From Tricharina praecox (Eukaryota), in NCBI RefSeq assembly GCF_024521635.1, contig NW_026250408.1, positions 248,001-312,000 of the forward strand: DNA of 64,000 nt, in the 5' to 3' direction. A program made the translations under genes and the position numbers. The notes under the pieces were generated by a model. It was not told the DNA's origin. It made no database searches and saw nothing but the letters and a program-made list of their open reading frames with translations. Shown here piece by piece: positions 1 to 11,956 of the stretch (position 1 is the first letter of the stretch; each line of letters begins with the position of its first letter).

Positions 1-44
1 ACGAAGTACTTTCTTTGAATCGAGGACAGAGAAATCCTTCTGAA

Positions 45-190
45 CGATGGTATTCGCGGTGAGTCGGCAAAGACACTGTGGTACCTATCCGCGGCGACAA
101 AACTGTGGTATCCGCGACGCGAAACCGTGGTATCCACGGCGAGGAAATTGCTAAAGAGTAGGAGCTGTCAGTCGGACAGCGAAGGATAGT
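45..190. repeat. Degenerate array of ~22-nt units built on GTGGTATCCGCGGCGA; dispersed family also present at ~60730-61060
   Basis: About four variant units (GGTATTCGCGGTGA, GGTACCTATCCGCGGCGA, GTGGTATCCGCGACG, GTGGTATCCACGGCGA) followed by TCGGACAGCGAAGGA. The same words recur near 60740-60925. Confidence 0.55.
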
Positions 191-2459
191 GAACTTACTA
201 GCGGATGATTCGTTGCGGAGACAGTGTGCTGTCCGCATCGCGGAAGGTGTGTACGTGGTGAATTTTTGGTGATGGTAACGCGTCTGCAGAAGGATGCCCC
301 CCCCTGAACGCATATCCCCCGAGCACTGTGGCGCTGTACTTTTTTTTTATTTTTATTTACGGTGCCCAAAAGACTTTAGCGTATAAAACGCAGCACCTAC
401 ACCCGGAAAAAAACACTTGCCAACCAACCAACCACCGCGATACACTACTATAGACTACTCGGCGGTACATACATAGGTGCAAGATTTGCCCGTCGCACGA
501 ACGGAAAGGCACATCCGCTGAGGAATCCGGGCCCCATGTGTGTGTGTATGTGTGTGGGGGGTGAAAACTATCCTCACACGGGTTGATCGGGGAAGTGGGG
601 TGGACTGAGGTGATCAACGTGCGGATTCATCTTCATCTTCGGTACGGTGCGGTTATTTCGTGCTGAGGATTTGGGATCCTGCGGGATCCAGTGTGGATCC
701 AGTGGGGGGCTATTGGTGCTAGTCGTGAAGCGGTTGGACCGCATGTGCAGATTTAATTCCTTCTAGATGGTCGGAATGATGTGGGGTGCTTGCCCGCCCC
801 GCCCCTTCCCTTCCCTTCCCTGCTTGCAGTCTGTGCACGCTGCCGTCGCGGGTTTTCGATAGCTATAGTTATATGTGGTGTGGAGTACTCTAGAGTCTAC
901 GTAGCTAGGCGGGTTGGGTTGGTTCCGCGTGTAGTTAAAGACGATCCTGCGCGAGGGTCGCAGTGAAAGCGCGAGTGGGCAGATACATACTATTATACCG
1001 TAGTGACTACTGAGTTGCTGATAACTACAAGCAGCTGTTTTTCTAGCAACCATACAGCCAGCCAGCTAGCAAGTGAGCCTGCGGATCTGGGGTGGACATG
1101 GAAACAGATGACCAATACTTTGGACGCACCGATTGTCACTCGCGCCGCTCGCAGAATCCGGAGATGAGAACGCGGAAGCGGGGTAAGATGTGAAGATCGG
1201 TGGGCAATGCGGGCATGGATGTGAAGGGCGCAAGATAAGGGTATCGTGGCCAACCGAAATTTCCGCGATTGGCATCATCCGTACATAGTCACGGCGAAAG
1301 AACGGTCTTGAGCGACGGTCCATCTCGCTGTGGATATCATCAGTAAGTGGGACTTGAGTAGGTATCCTAAGGCCCGCCGTCTTCTTGTACACATATGCCA
1401 CGCAATATCGGCTCCGCGTACATGCTAAATACATACTCTCAGCGAGTCAGTTCGTAGGCCAGCACGTGGTAATCTCCACAGAGATTTCGCCGTTCAGGAA
1501 GAACATCCAGAAAATGTCCGCCGAACCTCCGCCGAGCCTCCACCAGAGGATAGAGGCCCGAGAGGAGTTGTCCGATGTGCAATAATCTCCAGTGTCCTCC
1601 TCTGGGGTCCTCTCTCCACGAGCCGTCTCGTGCAGGCCTACCCTCCCCACGACTCGAATTACCACAACGTATGTACTACTACCACAACGGTCCCATCGAA
1701 GGAGTCACGGTGGGCCAGTGGAGACCCAGATCGGACTTTGACAACCCATAGTTACGACGGAGATGAAAGAACCTCCACGAACAGCCGGTATCGTACATCG
1801 AACACTTCCGTTCCGCCTGATGCCAACACACCAGTCTCGATTCTCGAAGCCCGCATAAACACTTGGAGGAGGAGCGCAAGTACCGCGCGGTTGCAAGCGC
1901 CCTGTCCTCTATCATCCCCAATAAACATCTCGTTGCGATGCTCAATGTGAACTACGGCACCCACTCACTTCCGGATTTCCTCCTCTGTTTGGAAGGCATG
2001 TGACCAAAGCGAGTGATTAACCATGCGCAAAATCGGCATTTCGCAATTCCGTGCGGATGTGCACTTTTGCACTTTCCCAGCGCGGCACGATCCGCGAATG
2101 CAAGCAATGGAGAATGATTGCTTGGTGGAAACGCCAATGGGAGTGACCAGGAAATGAGAAGGAAGGTGAAACACAAACATGCGAATAGGTCTTTTTTTGC
2201 TGATCATTGCCAGCGAGGGCGCTCATGATGGGTTAGGGATCATACGGGTGCAAAAACGGACGTCCCGGGGGCCCGGGCCCAGCGTGGGTATGTAGCGCCG
2301 TGGAGCCCATGGCCCCCTCACATCGGCGGCACAAAAAGCAAAATAGTCGTGCCATGTTTTCGCCGAGCCTGCGAAAGGCGGGGTAGACTATCGAGGCAGT
2401 GGCCAGTGATAACCACTTAATTACGTACCTATCTACTTACATAGATTACCAGTACGTAC

Positions 2460-3640
2460 ATGGTCGAATCAATCGTGCCGGTGCAGCCTCTTCAGCCGCA
2501 AGAAACCCAGGCCAGAGTGGAGAGTGGAGAGGAAGCCTTCAAGCGCCGCCAATGCTCCTGCCTGGGAACACTCTACCGCTCGAACGGACGAATCTACTCC
2601 CTACGACGCGGCCGCAACCCTTCAAAGAAATCCCAACTTCCCCGTCGCCGCGTCGTCGATACTATATTGCTGTGGCAGAACCCATCTCGCTTGCGGCTTC
2701 CCGGGCGGCTCCCAGGTCTATTCGCACTGTCGGGAAAGATCGGCTGGATCGTCCATGTGCTTGGTCAGTGTGAATAAAGTTCGTCGTGACGCTCTGCTAA
2801 TCAAGTGTAGCGAATCATCTACGGAGGCTGCCCGCAGCTCGGCAAATCTCCGGGCTTCTGTTCACGACGTCCTCGAGTCGAACCGCGAGCTTTCGATGCA
2901 CGATCGGTATATGATGTCCCACTTGGACAAGATCCGTCTAGAGGACGATGGAATGTCAGTCGTCTCTACCGGGAGTCACGACACTGTTCGTGGACGGAAA
3001 ATGGCCTTCGTATTTGAGTGTGCCCTCCGGGGAAGTATGGTTTACTATACAGGCAACAGAGGGTTTGGAATCTCTCCACGCTCACCCTCGAAGTTCGGTG
3101 ACGAGAGGCACATGGTGGACGATGCTGTCGGAGCCGAGTCTCGCTAATGTGATCTCAAATCCACCATTATTTGAGCTTCCGATCTAGCGCACCGACAATG
3201 ACGGCCATTCCAGCTACTCAAATCCCCACCTTCGAGGACCAGTTGTCCTTGTAAGCATGCCGAGCAGACTCCCACGCAGCCCGATCGTCTTTCTGCCACT
3301 CTCAGACGTTGATAGATACCACTCCGTCGGTGCTTCTGGGGATGTCCCACTTTGTGCCGAGGCTTTTAGGTGATAACGGAATGGCTACCTACCTACTTCA
3401 TCGCGGCACCGCAATCAACATAGCCGACAAGACGGCAATACTGCCCTCTACAGAGCGGTTTGACTGGATATTGACGTGACAATTTTCCGGGGGTATTCTC
3501 GATTGGTGCCGATGTGGTACGTTCACTCATTAGCCGTGGTGCTAATACTCGAGTCAAGGACAACGATGGGCAATCGCTATTGTACCATGCGTACAAGGAG
3601 GGGCTTGGGTCAATTGCTCTGCTGCTGCTCCGACCCCCTC
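2460..3640 (+). pseudogene. Decayed gene: fungal N-terminal helical domain-like region, F-x-FE-xx-L-xx-S-x-VY / WTMLSxxSL motifs and C-terminal ankyrin repeats
   Basis: Intron 2764-2810 (GTCAGT..GCTAAT..TAG) joins TG|C to give C-ESSTEAARSSANLRASVHDVLESNRELS. Then AFVFECALRGSMVYY, and in a shifted frame WWTMLSEPSLANVISNPPLFELPI* (stop 3185-3187). Ankyrin-like segments: MATYLLHRGTAINIAD/DGNTALYRAV* (3381-3463, frameshift near 3430) and DVVRSLISRGANTRVKDNDGQSLLYHAYKEGLGSIALLLLR (3511-3633). The 5' boundary is uncertain. Confidence 0.7.
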
Positions 3641-3964
3641 TTATTGCGAGTGACACCGTGTAGCCCCGCAGGTACCCAATGGAAGCAGCGAAAATCACAC
3701 GGACGATTGAAATACGACGCGGAGTACCTACAGGCCTTTGAGGATGGGTCCTCCAAAGTTGTAGCCGGGGCTGGATATCCTTCAATCCCCATTCACTTTA
3801 AAAGCTTTCAGTTCAGTTCAGCCCTAGCTCCCACCCCTCCACATAAATACCCCTTCTTCCCTTTACCAGTACCACTCAGGAATTTCCCCTCCCTCCACTA
3901 CGACCCCTTCAAACATCTTCCATCACACATCACACATCAACACCGCAAAGAACCAAAAATCAAG

Positions 3965-4279
3965 ATGAACCATCACCACCTCCACACGTACCCACACGCG
4001 GTCGCTGCAGCCGGCAGTACGGGCGATACACCCAACACCATCAGCGACTTCCGCAACCTTCTGTTCACGAACCCACAGTCGAAATTTGTCGTACTAGTCG
4101 TCGGCGTACTCTCGTTCTTCCAGACAATATACCTAGTGTACTTGGTCTGCACATGTCTCAGCATACTCAAGCGTCGAGATATGGCCCCCTGCGAGGACTG
4201 CGATCTGTGTGCGGAATGTGGTCGCGCTACTCTGAAAATGTTTGAGTGGGAGGGCGCGAAGAAGAAGAAGCTGGCGTAG
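3965..4279 (+). CDS. 104-aa single-pass membrane protein with His-rich N-terminus, CxxCxxCxxC and C-terminal KKLA
   Basis: ATG at 3965 (CAAGATG) follows a TATA-like CATAAATA (~3842) and a pyrimidine/CA-rich leader. Hydrophobic stretch FVVLVVGVLSFFQTIYLVYLVCTCL, then CEDCDLCAEC, with TAG at 4277-4279. The upstream part of the 267-aa track ORF is not convincing. Confidence 0.65.
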   Translation: MNHHHLHTYPHAVAAAGSTGDTPNTISDFRNLLFTNPQSKFVVLVVGVLSFFQTIYLVYLVCTCLSILKRRDMAPCEDCDLCAECGRATLKMFEWEGAKKKKLA

Positions 4280-6960
4280 ACACCCGGCGGACAGTGTTCG
4301 ACACACCTACCTAGTCTGGTCCGTCCGTCCGTCCGTCCTGGGCCGAGGACCAGACTGCACTGAACTGCACTGGACTGGACTGTATGTTGGCGGGCCATCC
4401 GGTCCGGACTGCTGCCCTGACCGGACTGTGTCGAACACTGCCGTCCGAGCGGCCTAGGTGGATGGGATATGGAGGAACTTGGGAGGCGGCGCCGCGGCGG
4501 GCACTGGGATAATTTTTGGTATCTATTCCTTTAGTTTAGGCGTTCACCGGTGGAATCGGGGATCGGTCATGGTTTGGATTCGAACTGATAGCAGCTTTCT
4601 ATTTTACAATTGCCTCCTGATGTACTCTTTCCTTGGTTTTTTTTTCACATTTATTTTTGTACTCGATCGTTTCAGATCATCATACCTAGTATTATCCATC
4701 CTGTCCCATTTCCTCCAAATTTACCGTGTTTTCGACTTCTGAACCGATTTCTACTGTATCTAGATATCTTCTGCTCATTGGCTCTTCCACTCGAGGGCCG
4801 GGGCGGCACTTGAAGAGCTGTGCTCCCGCGCCGGTAGAGTGGGACAGCTCCATCCATCCACTGCTGAAATAGAGTACCTAACCATCCATCCGTGGACTAC
4901 GTTTTTTGTTACTTCATCATTGCATCGACGATACCATGTAGGTAGGTAGGTAGATCATGGCAGTTATTATCCTCCACCTGGCCTCATCCGTGGATTACAT
5001 ACGCCGTCAACGAAGGATACGGAGCACGTGACTGACGGTGACCGTAGCGAGTGCGATATTGTGATTCTTGCGGACAGCTCGTCGGAAATACTTGCCGGAT
5101 TGGTATTCGACTCCATCTCACTCGTGGCATTTTAAATAGGTACATAGACTTTGGCCTGCCCATGGTAGCTCAATGTAGCACCCTATGTACAATACTTCCC
5201 CTTTTACCCCTTCCACACACAAAAAACCTGATGTCACTGTTTTTTTCCTTGCTGGAAATTCGAATACATCACCTTCAGTGAGTGGTTTTGCATGATGTTG
5301 ACTTCCATCGACCAGCTACCCAGGTACTAGTACAACCCGACGATTCCAAGCTCTGTCAATGTGCTATGTAGTACCCATTCACAGCTCCCGTGAGTCGCAC
5401 CACCAAGCCCAGCACAGGCGGCTACCCAGGTACCTAGTACTATAGAGCATATGTAGGTAGACCGCCATATATACTGCCCGGAGGCTAGAGGCTAGAGGCT
5501 AGAATCAATTCTTTACGCCCTTAAAATACCCATTCACCATCCCTCATCATTCACCCTCCCTGCTCATTCACCCTCATTCCGGCAGGCTCTTACAAGTTAC
5601 AACTTCCTTTCCCTCCCCATTCGCTTTCCGTTCAACTCAGTACTCTATAGGGTTTTGACAGAGGTATCTACCTCCTCCGTCTCCTGTGGCAATTCGCGAG
5701 ACTAGGTACTGTAACCACTAGGTAACGGGTTGCCGCGATCGGGAGAGGGGATGTATTGTACACCGAGGGGGGGTTCCTCCCTTCCCCATTCACGCTGACT
5801 CCTGAGTGTGATACCTAGCTCGAGGCGGCGCAGTACCTATGAGACGTTTGCGAAACCGACAGAGTACCTACCTACACTACTATAGTCTGTAGGTATTGTT
5901 TCGCTCAGACCGATGGCCGATGGCCGATGGCTGGTGGCCGGTGGCCGGAGGAGGATGATGTTCGCAAACCCCGCCACACGCCACACACCACACTCTTTTT
6001 TTTTTTGTTTACCACCTCCCGCGAGCGCGAGTGCGAGGCTGAATACCTATCCCTACTCTACTGCAAACCCACTTCCGCTTCGTTTGCACGCAGTGCTCAG
6101 TGCTCGGAAACAGATCGTTGTTTCGACTCGGGGGGCGGTAACGTGCGATCACTTCATATCACTCGCCTACTATCTTTTTCCCCCACCTAGAATCCGAGAA
6201 TCTCCTCGCTCATACTACAAGCCACCGAACCGGGCTGAACGGGATAATGTGAAATAAAACCAGATTCATTTAATACATAACCGTCAGTATCAGTGCCAGT
6301 GATGTCATTCCCCAATCCCGCCGTAGCTAAAATCCCCCACCGTAAACTAAAGGAACCACAAAATCCCACCTCGAGAAAGATGAGAAACGACACCAAAGTA
6401 CTTAGATACTAAATACTAGTACTACTAGTAGTATATAGTACACGCTCCACAGGAGCGGCAAGAAAAGAAGTGAACTGAAAGAAAAAGGAAAAGAAAAGAA
6501 ACCCTTCAATACTTGTGTCGAGCTATCCTACCCCCGCCGTCCCCGGCCTCATCCCCGCCCCGTCGCCGCATGCTTTCCATTCCTTTCCTTTCCTTTCGTC
6601 GTTACCATCACAACACAAGAAGAAACCCACACTACAAACCCCACAAACCCCCCGCCACACCACATGGTACAAAAACAGCCATCCATCCGATCCCATCCCA
6701 TCCTATCGCATCCATACATCACACTCTGATACAAATCCCCCCCCTCAAAATAAAAGAAAAATAAGAAATAAGAAGAGAGAGAAGAAGAGAAAGAAGAGAA
6801 AACTAAGAAGAAGGGTACTCTCTTTTGCGCGCACGACACCATGAGAAACAAAACAAAAAGTTGGAAAAAAAAAAACAAAAAAACACCGCGGAAACGGAAA
6901 AAAAAAACCACATATTACGACCCCGCGTACCCCTGCAAGCCTGTAAGCCCGTCCCGCCGG

Positions 6961-8433
6961 TTACGCGGCAATCCTTGTAGTCCTCCTGCGCGTACTCCTC
7001 CGGAGCGACTCGACCTCGGCCTGTGCTCGCCGCTCCTCCGCCGCCTCTTCCCGCACCACCGTCTCGCCCACTTGTTTCCGCCCCTCCCGTACCTTGCCGT
7101 TCATGGCCGCGACGCCGCCGTTGGTGGTGGTGTGGCCATTCACGTGCGAGTTTGTGATGTCGTCTTTCTGCGGCGGGAGGAGAGCGGCGACGCGGTCCCG
7201 TTCTACAGCGGCAGCGGCACGTTCGCGCGAGGCGGCGTAGCGCGCCGACGCGTCGCCACCCGTCCATTGCGTTCCGAGCCAGCGGTCCCAGCAGATCAGG
7301 AATGGCTGCGAGTAATTGGTCTGCCGGAGGTGTCAGTGTTCCGTGTTCCGTGTTTTCTCTCCCCCAGCTGTTCCGCGCCCACGTACCTTGATTCCCCAGC
7401 TCTGGTGGTGCACATCGTGGTAGCCGGCATTATTCCAGAAGATCTTCTGCAGAGGATCCCATGGCAGTGCGTACCCGCAATGGTCGTCGACGGTCTTCAT
7501 GGTCGAGAAAGAAAAGAAAATCATTCCGCCGCGGATGCCCATTCCCGAAAGTTTGTAACCGAGCCCGGCGCCGATGGTGTCCATGAGTAGACCTTCGAAC
7601 CAATGGTTGTAGAGCGCGCCGAACGCGAATGGAACGTAGAGACGGTGGTGACGAGAGTGAAACGTTTCTATAGAATTCGGTTAGTGTTACAAACAGTTGG
7701 CGAGGTGGATGACGTAAACGACTGTTGTAACGGGGGAAAGGGGGGGAGACGCACTGTAAAGCCACTTGGACTCGTGCATGAGCCGGTGCAAAAAGTACTG
7801 CCATGTGTCGAGAACAAAGATTGCGAACCATATCCTGACAGCCGGCAGGATATACCAGTAGACAAACTCTGCGACCGAAAGCTTCCAGTCCGCCGGACCA
7901 CCGCCCAACCCCAACCATCCCATAGCCGTGTTCAGCAGCTGGCCGCCGCCGGCGCCCACAACCCCGCGCACAACCTTCTCCTCCAACGCGGCACCATTGA
8001 TCCCGACGACCCCCAGGGCCGCCGTCATCCATCGCTCGACCGACAAGAACCGCGTGTACAGCGCAAACACTTCGGCCGCCTCTCGACCCACCATCTCGGT
8101 GGGCTCATAGAACGCGGTTATCCCGCCGACGATCGTCTGGACGATGTGCTGCAGCACGACATCGCGGATCACCTCGCGGCGCGTAACGTGGTTTCTTTTC
8201 AGGACCTCTTCGGGTGTGTGTAGCCGATACCGCGACAGGAGATTGTAGGTGTCGAGGAAATGGAAGAACAGCGACAGCGACCAGTAGGTGATGATGGGCA
8301 GCGCCAGCAGCACCCAACTGTCGGGTATTGGGGGTAGCAATGGCGGTAGTGGAGTTAACGTGGTCGGCGGAGGAGGCGGGAAGGGGAACGAGCTGTTTGT
8401 CAGTGAAGGTAGTGTTGGCGGCTGCGAAGCCAT
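6961..8433 (-). CDS. SUR2: Sphinganine (sphingolipid) C4-hydroxylase, fatty acid hydroxylase superfamily, 439 aa; exons 8433-7755, 7667-7387, 7320-6961
   Basis: The spliced product has the di-iron His boxes DTWQYFLHRLMH, FHSRHHRLYVPFAFGALYNH, KTVDDHCGYALPWDPLQ and YHDVHHQSWGIKTNYSQPF, plus the N-terminal RYRLHTPEEVLKRNHVT. Introns are 7754-7668 (GTGCGT..CTAAC..TAG) and 7386-7321 (GTACGT..CTGAC..CAG). Exon lengths sum to 1320 nt. Confidence 0.97.
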
Positions 8434-9339
8434 GTTGTGTATGTGAGAGAATCGGAGCGGAGTCTGTGTGGCGATCGGGCCGGAAGGGCTGAGGGCCGGG
8501 AGCGAGAAAAGGAGCGACAGTGCGTTTTCGTCCGGGGGAGAGTGTGTGAGTGAGTGCGTGAGTAGAACGACACGACGACAAGAGCTGTAGAGTACCGATG
8601 TTACGGGGGGCAGGTGGGCGAAACGAGGTGTGAGCGAGCGACGGAAGATCGAGAGGAGGATTTGCGAGTTTGTAGGCGGAGCGGTAAAAGAGAGTGAAAG
8701 GAACTTGGCTTGGAGGTATTCGTAAGGGTGGTGGGTTGATCTGTCAGTCTTGGGGGGGGGGAGGGGGGGTGAGTGGTGACGAGGTCTGTCTCTTCCGTCT
8801 GTGTCCTGTCTGGCGTTTTTTGCCGCAGAGGATGGAATTGGTTGATTAGTGGGCAGGTTCCGTGCAGGGTTTGGTGCTACCAAGCGTAGCGAATTGGGTT
8901 TGGTGGACGAAAAAGGCCGCTCGGATTTGTTGCTATGTAAGCAGAGCACTCGCCACGAAGCCGAACAAAGTCGAGAGGAGAGCAGCCAGCGGATCGTCAG
9001 CGGCGGGCAGGAGGTGATGGAACGGACGAGTCGTTTCAGGAGCGGACAGGAGGAGTTGGAGGTTCGGGGGGGCGGGGGGGGGGGGAAGAAGAGAGATGGA
9101 GGATTCTTCGACTGGAACGGCCGGACAAGGCGGATAGAGGTTCGAACGGCTGCTGACTAGCTACTAGTGGTGCCTGCTTGCTGACTGCTGCGGAGGTATG
9201 GTATGGTATGGTCTGGTCTGGTATATGAGACCAGGAAGACCGGGAAAAGGAAGGAGGGAAGCCAAAGTCCGACGATCCGAACGGCCAACGGAAGGGATAA
9301 ACGAACAACGAGAGAGAGACAAGTGATGATGACGAGGAT

Positions 9340-9393
9340 GAAGAGGAAGAGGAAGAGGAAGAGGAAGAGGAAGAGGAAGAGGAAGAGGAAGAA
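9340..9393. repeat. (GAAGAG)n microsatellite, ~8-9 copies, upstream of SUR2
   Basis: Hexamer array read directly. Confidence 0.9.
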
Positions 9394-11120
9394 GACGATG
9401 ATAATGCGGGTGAGGAAGGAAGCAAGAACGTAATACGAGACGAGGCGAGGCGAGGCGAGCAGGACAAAGGCGGGCAAGGCTGTGTCTTGGAGATTGTTCA
9501 CACACAGCCAACCGGGAACGCAATTCCGTGGCTGCGGTGGGGGGTTGGGCTGATTCGAGGGATGTCCGATGTTATTCAGCGGTGGTCTCGAATGCGCCTG
9601 ATTGGAGCATCAAAGTCGTCTGGGGAGTGGGCGGGGAGTCGGGAGTGGGCGAGTGAGTGCTCAGGTGTGTAGATAGGTCAATGGGTACCTACCAGGTACT
9701 ATAGGTATACTCGGTAGTGTCGAGCGTGGATCCGGTCGAACGAGCGGAAGGGGAGGGATTGCGATGAGCTGGAGATGGAGACGAGTGAAATCAGATGGAG
9801 AACCACCAGATTATCAGATGGCGGCCGGTGACTCCGTTCGACTCAACTCGGCAGCGCCGTCTCCATGGATGCTTGGTCTTGACGAGTGCGCTGACAGTCG
9901 CGTGAGTTTCACGCGCTGTCGCTACTCTAAAGTGATGGGTACACACTCTTTCTCTGGAAAACGTCCAATACTCTGGAGTAACCCCGAAATGTCCGGTGTT
10001 TTCCTCCGGCCACCACCACTATCACTACCTATCGCCGAATCCCAGTACCATGAAGTAGTTAGTAGGTACTATGCACCGTAGTAGTTATACCACCACTTGA
10101 ACACGTCGGGTACGCAGTATGGAGCAGACACCCAGGTCCATAGTACATAGATACATGTACCGTCCACTGCCACTGCTACTTCGTCTTCATCTTCATGTCC
10201 CTCTTCCGCTCGTCCACTGGAGCACTGCCATCACAGCTCTCGTGTCTCTCTCGTATCCTTCGTGTGCGGCTTCAAGTTCCCCCGAGAGAGCGCCGCCCTC
10301 TGACCGACTGAATGAATGACTGGCCGGCCCATAACTGCAGCGCGTCCGCTGATTGCCTATGCAACTGGACGTATGTAGAGTAAAGCACCTCATTCCACAG
10401 TCGTCTCGCCCTTCGCACGAATGGCAGTTGCCCCTTCCTCTTCCCCATCTCCTTCCCCTTTCCCCCCCACTCTTGTGCACCAGTTCTGGGCTTCGTGCGC
10501 TCGGCATCGCGTTGTTCCGGTCGGCATCCGAGCCGAGATTCTTCCAGTTCCAGTTCCAGACGCACGCCGCACGCTGCCCGCCGCATGCCGCACAAACCAC
10601 GCTCGCAGCTCGCTCGCGCGCGTATCTCCGGAGAGCCGATCCGTCCGGACTCCGGCCCACCCCACCGTCCAATAGAGTGATGTCGTCCATCGTCCAAAAT
10701 GCACAAGTCGCCTCGCCGCCACTGGAATTGGCCGGGGTGAGGCAAGCCCCACGTGGCTGAATAAGCCGCGCCCCGAGGCGGCGTCGATCCGTGCTGTGGC
10801 GATCCGTGCTGTGGCGGAGGCGATCACGTGCGTGCGTCTAGAGTTGCTGGCTGGTTAGCGGATCAATCTCGTTGCGTTGCATGCATGCAAGCTTTGCTTC
10901 TAGTTGTCAAAAAATTTCCCATGCCCCCCTCGTCTTGGCTAGCCCGAGTGAGTGAAAATTAAAGTTGGGGCGTGGGATAAAGTTGTTTCTTCATAGCCAT
11001 TCGTGCCACCCCACCCATCCCACCCCGCTCCTTCCCACTCCTCTCCTTCACCACCTCTACACACCACCGCCCGCCAATAACCTCGACTCCCCTCACTACT
11101 CCCCATACACACACGCCAAA

Positions 11121-11956
11121 ATGCTTATCTTCAAGGTGAGATGATCTCTGTCCCTCTCTTTTGCGCGGGTTTCTGTCGAGTACTGGAAGCGGAGCGCATA
11201 CCAGCAGCACCACCAGGCGAGGTGCGGGGTAGCGGGGTACCAGATGGGTGGAAATCTCGACGCATAGGACAGGACAGAACGGAATAGGGCCAATGCGAAA
11301 CAGAAGCTGACGGACTCGCTCGACAGGATATCCTCTCCAACGATGAGATGATCTCGGATGTGTACGACCTCAAGGAGGTCGATGGTACCCTCTACGAGGC
11401 AGACTGTGCCATGATCACGATCAAGAAGGGCGCTGATGTCGGTACGTATTTTTCTTCTCGGAGAGGGAGTGGTGGGAATGTGCGTGCGCATGGCTGACTT
11501 GATTGGGGATAGATATCGGTGCCAACGCTTCCGCCGAGGAGGCCAGCGAGGAGCTCGAGGATGGTCAGGAGACCGTCAACAACATCGTCCACTCGTTCCG
11601 TCTCAACTCGACCAACTTCGACAAGAAGGGCTACCTCACCTACCTCAAGGGTACGAGTTTCCTCCCCTCCCCTCCCCCCTGCTCCTCTCACTAACACTCT
11701 CTCCACCTCAGGCTACATGAAGGCGGTCAAGAGCAAGATGCAGGAGAAGGGCAAGTCGGCGGAGGAAGTCGCCAGCTTCGAGAAGCGCGCCGCCGCGGCC
11801 GCCAAGAAGCTGATCGCCAACTTCAAAGACTACGAGTTCTACATGGGCGAGTCGATGGACGTCGACGGCATGGTTGCGCTCCTCAACTACCGCGAGGACG
11901 GTGTAACGCCCTACATGATCTTCTGGAAGGACGGTCTGGTGCAGGAGAAGGTTTAA
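11121..11956 (+). CDS. TMA19: Translationally controlled tumour protein homolog (TCTP), 170 aa; exons 11121-11135, 11327-11441, 11513-11650, 11712-11956
   Basis: Spliced product [53 protein letters not shown]...[10 protein letters not shown]...[18 protein letters not shown]...[44 protein letters not shown]. Three GT-AG introns with CTGAC/CTAAC branch sites; exons sum to 513 nt. Confidence 0.98.

Noticed and set aside
6841..8223. Plus-strand 249-aa and 206-aa ORFs
   Set aside because: Antisense shadows of the GC-rich SUR2 exons.
8434..8949. N-terminal extension of SUR2 implied by the 420-aa track ORF
   Set aside because: Non-ATG start and UTR-like composition; homology begins after the ATG at 8433.
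10745..10960. CACGTG boxes and TGAAAATT as SREBP/bHLH and RRPE-like sites in the SUR2-TCTP divergent promoter
   Set aside because: Short motifs that also occur elsewhere in the window; not supportable without conservation or binding data.
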